From: Paraspadella gotoi | Lineage: Eukaryota > Animalia > Chaetognatha | Length of the DNA stretch: 29,792 bases | Direction of reading: 5' to 3' | Assembly (NCBI GenBank): GCA_051294375.1 | Contig: JBJCIZ010000430.1 | Span: 1-29,792, forward strand | Part shown: one piece after another, positions 21,597 through 29,792 of the stretch | How the letters are laid out: every line of letters starts with the position of its first letter | Numbering within the stretch: position 1 is the first letter of the stretch | Program-made: the position numbers and the translations under genes | The notes under the pieces: model-generated | The model's database searches: none | What the model saw: the letters and a program-made list of their open reading frames with translations, nothing else | Told to the model about the DNA's origin: nothing

Positions 21597-22749
21597 AAGG
21601 ACGAATAATAATAGGCTAAATTTACTTTCGCCTACCGCAGTTTTGGCGGCTTTGAAAAACACTTAAAAGTACTTATTAAAAAATTTTTTTTTTTAATATT
21701 ACCTAATCCTTAACCTTTTAACCCTAAACTATCACAACTCGATTACTACAAAGTCAGGGGCAAGATAGCTTAATTTAATTAGATGAATGGATAATTTTTA
21801 TATTGGGTTGTACCCATTTCATAAAATTATTGGGGTATAATTTTTAAACTTACCAAACTAATATAGCAAGGAAGACATCATGCTAATGAGAACGCCGAGG
21901 CAGACGCCATTGCGGACACAGGACAGTCAGAGGTGACGAAAGAACTAGGTTAGAAATAAACCTAAAAATTTCAAAAAAAGTAGCACAGTAACCGAGAAAA
22001 ATAACTATAAATGTGAGGGAATTTATGTTAAATGCAGAAAAAAAAAATATTTTACCTTGCCGCATATACCAAAAAAAAACGTAAGAGGCTGAGATTAAAA
22101 TGGATCATTGAAGGGGACGATAAAACATTTTTCTACTGCCTCACCAGAAAATATGATTCACTATATAGAAATTAAAATGCAAAAAATTTAAACCAAAAGG
22201 AAGTTAGTTATGCTTACAGATCGATGCTGCAAACAAGTCTTAAAATTTGAGAGGGTGATACGAAGACGATGTAAAATGAATCTACCATATGGAAAAAAAA
22301 TTGTCACGGTTTCTTAACTTAAATTTAATCTTAACCTTATATCATTATTAAATAAAAGTGATAATATCTTTAAACACCAAACCGTCCAAAATTAAAAGAG
22401 AAAATAATTTATTTATTGGAGGAAAAAATTAATTTTGTCTTATATTAATATATAATTTTTAAAATTATTACCTATATTAAAAATAACCATAAAAAATTAT
22501 AATATTTAAATTTTTTAAATATTGTTTTAAATATTACTTTTTTAACATATTAATTCAAGAATTTTAAATATTTATTTAGATTTATATGATAAAAAATAAT
22601 TTTTAATAAATATAAAAAAATTAAATGTTTATATTACTAAAAATTAACAAAAGCTACTTATTATCGGATGAATTGATAATATGATTTTTTAAGTTTTTCT
22701 CAATTTTTAACCCACTGTATCATCAAAAATATTGTAAAAAAAGACAAAA

Positions 22750-22992
22750 TTTTACTTTCGCCAACCGTAATTTTAGCGGCTTTTAAAAAACGCATTTAAA
22801 AATACTTATTTTTTTAAAAAAAAAATAAATAAATATTACTAATTACCTAACCTTGAAACCTTTTTAACTTTACCACCCCTAACCCAAACCACCCTAAACA
22901 ACTCTTAACCCTAACCCCTACCTAACCCTTTCCGCTAACCTAAACCACCCTAACCCTTCCCTAACCCCGGCCAGCGAAAATAAAAGTAACCC
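22750..22992. mobile_element. Helentron/DINE-1-like module with (CCCTAA)n core (copy 2)
   Basis: ttttactttcgc (22750-22761) and gcgaaaataaaa (22974-22985) are 11/12 inverted and flank the cctaa repeats. Confidence 0.5.
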
Positions 22993-25900
22993 GAAAAAAA
23001 GAATGTATATTTGTTTAAAAAAACTTTTTATAAGCTATCTGAATTTGATTTGATCAAAAATTGGATTTGATCCTAGAAATCTCAGCCCCGGAGTCGATTC
23101 AAATTAATTATTATTAGCCAATTCTTGCGCATCAGATTATTTATATATATTCTCAGTCTATACTATACCTTTTTATTTATAGTTTAAATCGGAGTCCCAG
23201 AAATCATTGTAAAAAATTTAAAAAGCGCATCGATCTGATTCAAGTCAGATCGGATATGGGATGATCATCCAGTGTCATACGATTCACCACTCAATCGTAC
23301 CATCGTATATGCTTAGTCCTACTAAATCAGAAATTTAGTAAATCCCAGATTACCGAGAATAAGAAATTAGTTTATAGTTAATATCTATCCATCGATTATC
23401 AACATCTTGTCTAACTCGCATTAACTGTTTACATATATCTTTCTTGTTTACGGTCAATTAAACAAATGAAGAAATCCCGATCTCAATTCGATTTACACTA
23501 ATGCCGAGGTACTGAGAGTGTTTGTGATTTACAGAAATAATATCCGATTTTCATATATTGCAATGTCCCAAAGACTGGAAAGAGTTAGAACAACTCGATA
23601 GGAAAAGAAACACTCAGTTATTAAAGATTATTATTGTTTTTTCAAACTACTGTATTAATATAATTAATTAAGTTGATATGCACTATGGAGGAGAGATTGT
23701 TTTATTTAGCAATATAGACTACTTTGTATCTGCTTGATTAGCAGAAGAATATCTATAATGTTAAGGATTATGACTTATAATTATTATATAATATAAGGTT
23801 TCGCGTTTATACAATTATGACTCAATACGAAGTTGGTTACAGAACTTTTATGGTGTATTTATTTCATAGAAAGATAACATAGTCAATCCACGCAACGTCA
23901 CTCGGCAGATCGAGTACACAACGTCAGGTCACTCTCCCGCGTTTCGGTCCAATCAATACGATCGCCAACGATCTCCTATTGGGCCCAGAGTCTACTAGAC
24001 TCGCGACTTCCGTGCAGTACAGGTACTTCCGCTCACGCATACCTTAGAGACCACTCACGCTCTGTCGAGAGCGTCAAGTGAATCGTGAGTATTTCTTTGT
24101 ACCTCATTGGATGGCGCTACACGAACCTTAATAGATGATTTTTCTGATCTGCCGCAACTCCACAATTATGCTTTCTCCTTAACTACTTAATCTTTCCCCT
24201 TTCCCAACCTTATAACACCCTCCCTCTTTAACGCTCTGTCTTTTCCCTAATCCCCGGCAAGCTAGAATTTAAGGTAATAAGTACCTTCGATATAAAAGGA
24301 ATTTATACTTTGCTCAAAAGAACTTTTTATATAGCTATCTGAATTGATTTAACATTAAAAAATTCAAATTACAAAAAAAATTAACATTTTTTCTTATCTT
24401 CTCAAAATAATATTAAAAAATATATTTTCTATTATGCAGATCTACTAATTTCTTCACACAAAACTTCTTGTATCCAATAATTTCTTTCAGACTTCAATGA
24501 TATTATAAAGTTTCTATTCTGGGTAATATGTTCTCAATCAAAACTTTTTAGATCTACTTACCTCATCTGATAAAGCTGTCTCTCGGCTCTAATTTAAATT
24601 CGTAATAAAAACAACCAACAATTAAAAAAATTTTATATGATACTTCTTACCATATTTAGAACTGTACAAATCATAATCAAATATTTTATTCATATAAAAG
24701 TTTATATTACAAAGAATAAAAAATCCTAATTTTTTACTCCCCAAATATTATAAGATAACAAATTTTTAATTATCATATTTTTATTTAATTTTTATGAAAG
24801 AATCTAATCTTTATTAAAAGTTTAAAAATTTTTTTTAAATTTATTATTTTATAAAATATTTATACAATATATTCAATTTTATTATTCTATTCTCGAGACT
24901 ATATGAACAAAATATTTTTTATAATAATTAATCATACTATCTCACATCTATAATATTTTACTTATTTACCCAAAAATATTTTTTATTTTCAACTGCTCTA
25001 CTTTAATGCACAAACATAAATATATCTTACATTTTTTATAATTTTTTATTATTTTTTAAAATTGATACAGACCAATTATAAAACTTATCTCATTTATTTA
25101 ATAAATAAACTACTTTTATCCTTGACTTTGGACAGGCTTTAATATTGTTAAAACCTTAAAATCATATTACAAAATAAACATAGCAGGTCCTGAAGCTATT
25201 AATTCAAACTATTTATTTTTATTAATGATATCTAAAGTAAAATAGATTTATTTTATAAAAAATTAAGTTTATAATTTTTAATACCATTCTTTTTTAGACT
25301 ATAATTAAAATTATCATGAATCATCCTAATAAAAAATAATAATCTTTTAATAATATTATTATAATTAAATATTATTTAAAAAAATTAAATATATATAAAA
25401 ATAATAAATTAAACGTTGCTGTAGCAATTTTTTTCCAAATGGTACAATGTACACTAGACAAGCGTCAAATTTCTGATGGATTTTTTCGTTTCGTCGCGGG
25501 CTGCGGTGTCAGGCGGCACGGAAAACGAAAATTAAGAGAGCCACAGAGAGGCGTTGAAAAAGTAATTTCAGCGGTGCTCGGTTTGCCCACCAAATGTTTT
25601 CACAAGTCGATGGCGGCGACGGGCGACCTTGCGCGTGCAGGAAAATGAAGAATTAAAAAAAAAACACGTGACGAATGAAGAGAGTCAAGAAATTTCCATG
25701 GCAACTGTTAGAAAAGTGACTATTGAGACACGATAACACGAGAAATTTTGGTTTTGAACGAGGACCTGATCACGCATTAGATGTTTAGGCGCGTGGAAAA
25801 ATTTCGAAAGCGACTAGTAGCGACGAGGAGCGACGAGTAGCGAAAACAGCGAAAATAGCGAAAACAGCGAAACCAGGTCCATTAAATATATATTTCACGA

Positions 25901-27879
25901 TGAAAACACGAAAACTACGCTTGTTCCCCCAGATTTGGAAAGTTTCAGACACTGAGACTAGTCCAGATGTCAAATAATAATGGTGAGTTAACGTCGTCTT
26001 CAGGTGCAAATTAATGCCTCCACTAAAAGTTAGTTAGGATTTTTAATGAGATAATTTTAATCAGCTAAAGAGTTTAGCCGCTTGGCAAGACACTAAACTA
26101 ATTATATGTTTTGTGATAAGTTTCTCTTTTAGTATCAGCTGAGACGAGGGACAGTTAAAGTTGACATAATTCGTAAATGTATATTATGTTTTACTAGCTT
26201 TGTTTCATATCAAGACCTTTTCCAATTTTCTTTGTTCCCCGCAAAGGAAGATACCATAGGTCGTTGAGGTTCAAATACTAATAACACTTTTTAATTATTG
26301 TTTGGGATCAGGTCAAATATTGTAAAATTAGCAATGAAGCGGACATTTCGAGTAAAGGACCGTTTTAAAAGCTCAATATTGTACGCGGGACATTATTTAT
26401 AGTCTTTTTTGCTTTAAGAAATTAGTTCAACGATTGTTTTAGAGTAGGAAACTTGTAATGAATTTAAAAATATTCCTTAGTATTTACATAAAATACGAAA
26501 AAGGACAAATCAAAGAAAAACCGCTCGCGGAAGTAATCGTTTTAAATGCTTTAAATACTACTAAACTATTTCTGGATTAATGTTGTTCCACCGACTTTAG
26601 ATACTAAAACCATTGTACTATCAAAACCATTCGTAGTTGGCAAGTATTTAAAGCGCTACTGGTGCAAACTTTCGTCATGACCAAAAAAAGCTGAAAAAAT
26701 TTTCATCGCCTCGAAATTTTTTTTTCTTCGCCGAAGCGACATATTAGTGTAAAGCGTGAGTCACTTTTTAAGATTTTTTGCTTTTGCTTCTTTTTTTTTG
26801 TTTGCTGATGATTTTTTTTTTGCCAAAGCTTCTCTCTCTTTTTTTTTTTTTAAATATTACCTAATCCTTAACCCTTTTAACCCTAAACTATCACAACTCG
26901 ATTACTACAAAGTCAGGGGCAAGATAGCTTATTTATTAAATGAATGGATAATTTTTATATTGGTTGTACCAATTTCATAAAATTAATTGGGTTAATTTTT
27001 AAAACTTACCAAACTAATATAGCAAGGAAGACAGTCATGCTAATGAGAACGCCGAGGCAGACGCCATTGCGGACACGGACAGTCAGGGTGACGAAGAACT
27101 AGGTTGAGAATAAACCTAAATTTCAAAAAAGTGGCACAGTAACCGAGAAAATAACTTAAATGTGAGGGAATTTATGTAAATGGCAGAAAAAAAAATATTT
27201 ACCTTGCGCTATACCAAAAAAAAACGTAAGGGCTGAGATTAAAATGGAGTCATTGAAGGGACATAAAACATTTTTCTACTGCCTCACCAGAAAATATGAT
27301 TACATATAGAAATAAAATGCAAAAAATTTAAACCAAAAGGAAGTTAGTTATGCTTACCCAGATCGATGCTGCAACAAGGTCTTAAAATTGAGAGGGTGAT
27401 ACGAAGACGATGTAAAATGATCTACCATAATGGAAAAAAAATTGTCACGGTTTCTTAACTTAAATTTAATCTTAACCTTATATCATTATTAAATAAAAGT
27501 GATACTATCTTTAAACCACCAAACCTGTCCAAAATTAAAGAGAAAATAATTTATTTATTGGAGGAAAAAATAATTTTTATATTAATTATAATAATTTTAA
27601 AATTATTACCTATATATAAAAATAACCATAAAAAATTATAATATTTAAATTTTTTAAATTTTTTTAAAATTACTTTTTAAACATATTAATTTCCAAGAAT
27701 TTTAAATATTTTATTAGATTTATGATAAAAAAATAATTTTTAACAAATAATAAAAAAATTAAATGTTTTATTACTAAAAATTAACAAAAGCTACTATATT
27801 ATCGGATGATGATAATGATTTTTTAAGTTTTTCTCAATTTTAACCCACTTATCATCAAAATATTGAAAAAAAGACTAAA

Positions 27880-28125
27880 TTTTACTTTCGCCAACCGTAA
27901 TTTTAGCGGCTTTTAAAAAACCATTTAAAAATACTTATTTTTAAAAAAAAAAATAAAATAAATATTACTAAATTACCCTAACCTGAAACCTTTTTAACTT
28001 TAACCACCCCTAACCCTAAACCACCCCTAAACAACTCTTAACCCTAACCCCTACCTAACCCTTCCCTAACCTAAACCACCCCTAACCCTTCCCTAACCCC
28101 GGCCAGCGAAAATAAAAGTAACCCG
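27880..28125. mobile_element. Helentron/DINE-1-like module with (CCCTAA)n core (copy 3, cleanest)
   Basis: ttttactttcgc (27880-27891) and gcgaaaataaaa (28106-28117) flank ccctaa/cctaa repeats at 27975-28100. Confidence 0.55.
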
Positions 28126-28799
28126 AAAAAAGAATTATACTTTGTAAAAAAAACTTTTTATAAGCTATCTGAATGTTGATTTGATCAAGAATTGGATTTA
28201 TCTCAGGAAATCTGCAGCCCGGAAGTCGATCAAATTATTATTATTAGCCAATTGCGATCGTTATATATAACTGTTTCGAACTTTATTATAGTTTAAATCG
28301 ATCCAGAAATAGTTGTAAAATAATTTAAAAAGCGCAGCGATCAAGTCTCTTTATCCGGGACTCATCGTCCACGTTATCAGCCCAACTGTATCGCCACTTA
28401 GGTAATAAGAAATGTTTATGTTAGATATCTTCCTTATAATCTTGTTATCGATTAACTTAATCTTCTTGTTTATCATTAAACAAAATGAAACAATCCGATT
28501 CAAATCGATTCTAACTACCTTGAGTTGTTTTGTTTACAAATAATCCGATTTCATTTTCATGTCCCAAAACTGAGTTAACACTCATGAAAAACATCAGTTA
28601 TTAATTATTATTGTTTTCAACTCAGTATTTAATATAATATTAATTGATTGCACTGTTTATTAATATAGATACTTTGTATCTGCTTGCTTAGGAAGCAAAT
28701 GGAATATCTATATGCTTTGAATTATTTTATTTAAGGATTTCCTTCTTACAATTAGACAAACGAAGTTGGTTAACAGAACTTTTTATCATAGAAAATAAA

Positions 28800-29020
28800 C
28801 AGTCAATCCACGCCACGACGTCAACGTCAGGCTCACTTCCGGTTTCGGTCAATCGACGCCAACGATCTCCTATTGGGCCAGAGTCTACTACGACTCGTGC
28901 GACTTCTCACGCTCTTAGGCCACTCCTCACGCTCTCGTCACAAGAGAGCGCTCAAGTGATCGTGGATTCTGTTCTACGCTCAGGATGGCGCTACAACGAC
29001 AAAGTGATTTCGTCTGCGCC
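28800..29020. promoter_or_regulatory. CpG-rich, promoter-like or LTR-like motif cluster inside insert E (noisy copy ~23880-24150)
   Basis: gacgtca/acgtca (CRE-like, 28817-28829), cacttccggt (ETS-like, 28834-28843), attgg (inverted CCAAT, 28872-28876) and gatggcg (YY1-like, 28984-28990) lie within about 180 bp of an otherwise very AT-rich region. This is motif matching only. Confidence 0.35.
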
Positions 29021-29792
29021 CACAACCCCTAACCTAACCCTTCCCAACCTAAACCACCCCTAACCCTTCCCTAACCCCCGGCCAGCAAAAATAAAAGTAA
29101 CCCGAAAAAGAATTATACTTTGTAAAAAAACTTTTTATAAGCTATCTGAATTTGATTTTAAAAAATATAAATTTAAAAAAAATTAACATTTTTTATTTAA
29201 AATAAATATTAAAAAATTAATTATTAATGTTCTAGCTATTTTAAAAAAATTTGATCCAATAATTTTTCGAGAAATATTATAAAGTTTTATTTGGGAAGGT
29301 TCTCAAATCAAACTTTAGATTTACCTCATTGATAAAGTTTGGCTCTAATTTAGATTCGCTATAAAAACAAAACAAATTTAAAAAAATGTTATATGATATT
29401 TTAATATTTAAACTGTAAAAAATAATAAATATTTTATCATATAAAAGTTTATATTACAAAGAATAAAAAATCCTAATTTTTTACTTCCCCCCCCAAATAT
29501 TAAAGATAACAAAATTTTTAATTACATATTTTTTTATTTAATTTTTTATGAAGAATCTAAATCTTTATTAAAAGTTTAAAAATTTTTTTTTAAAAATTTA
29601 TTATTTTATAAAAATATTATTACAAATATATTCAATTTTATTATTCTATTCTCGAGACTATATGAACAAAATATTTTTTATAATAATTAATCATACTATC
29701 TCACATCTAAATATTTTTACTTAATTACCCAAATATTTTTTTTATTTTCAACTGCTCTACTTTACTGCACAAAACAATAAAATATAATCTTA

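Larger units (their letters stand above)
26840..29792 (+). repeat. Direct duplicate of ~21685-25030 (D', insert E, C', insert F)
   Basis: The start aatattacctaatccttaacc is shared and the copies are colinear to the window end (caactgctctacttt at ~24990 and ~29749). Confidence 0.93.

Overview
AT-rich eukaryotic, repeat-dominated DNA, probably from an invertebrate. I cannot support any intact protein-coding gene, rRNA, tRNA or CRISPR array. The sequence looks like a noisy long-read assembly: duplicated segments differ by many 1-nt indels, and there is a 25-N gap at 21572-21596 with near-identical sequence on both sides. The left third (1-9.2 kb) is GA/CT microsatellites, a ~52-bp G-rich minisatellite and a small element with telomere-like repeats between inverted repeats. 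The middle holds a decayed, intron-containing hAT-superfamily (hATm-like) transposase C-terminus (~12950-13534). Shortly after it is a minimal hammerhead-ribozyme motif of the Penelope/retrozyme type with an inverted partial copy (13930-14011). The right half (14.3-29.8 kb) is a nested set of kb-scale inverted and direct duplications. These carry Helentron/DINE-1-like modules with (CCCTAA)n cores and a ~0.85-kb insert with promoter-like motifs, bounded by ~135-bp direct repeats and present in only two of three copies. Nearly all listed ORFs are low-complexity artefacts. All alignments were done by eye, so boundaries are approximate.
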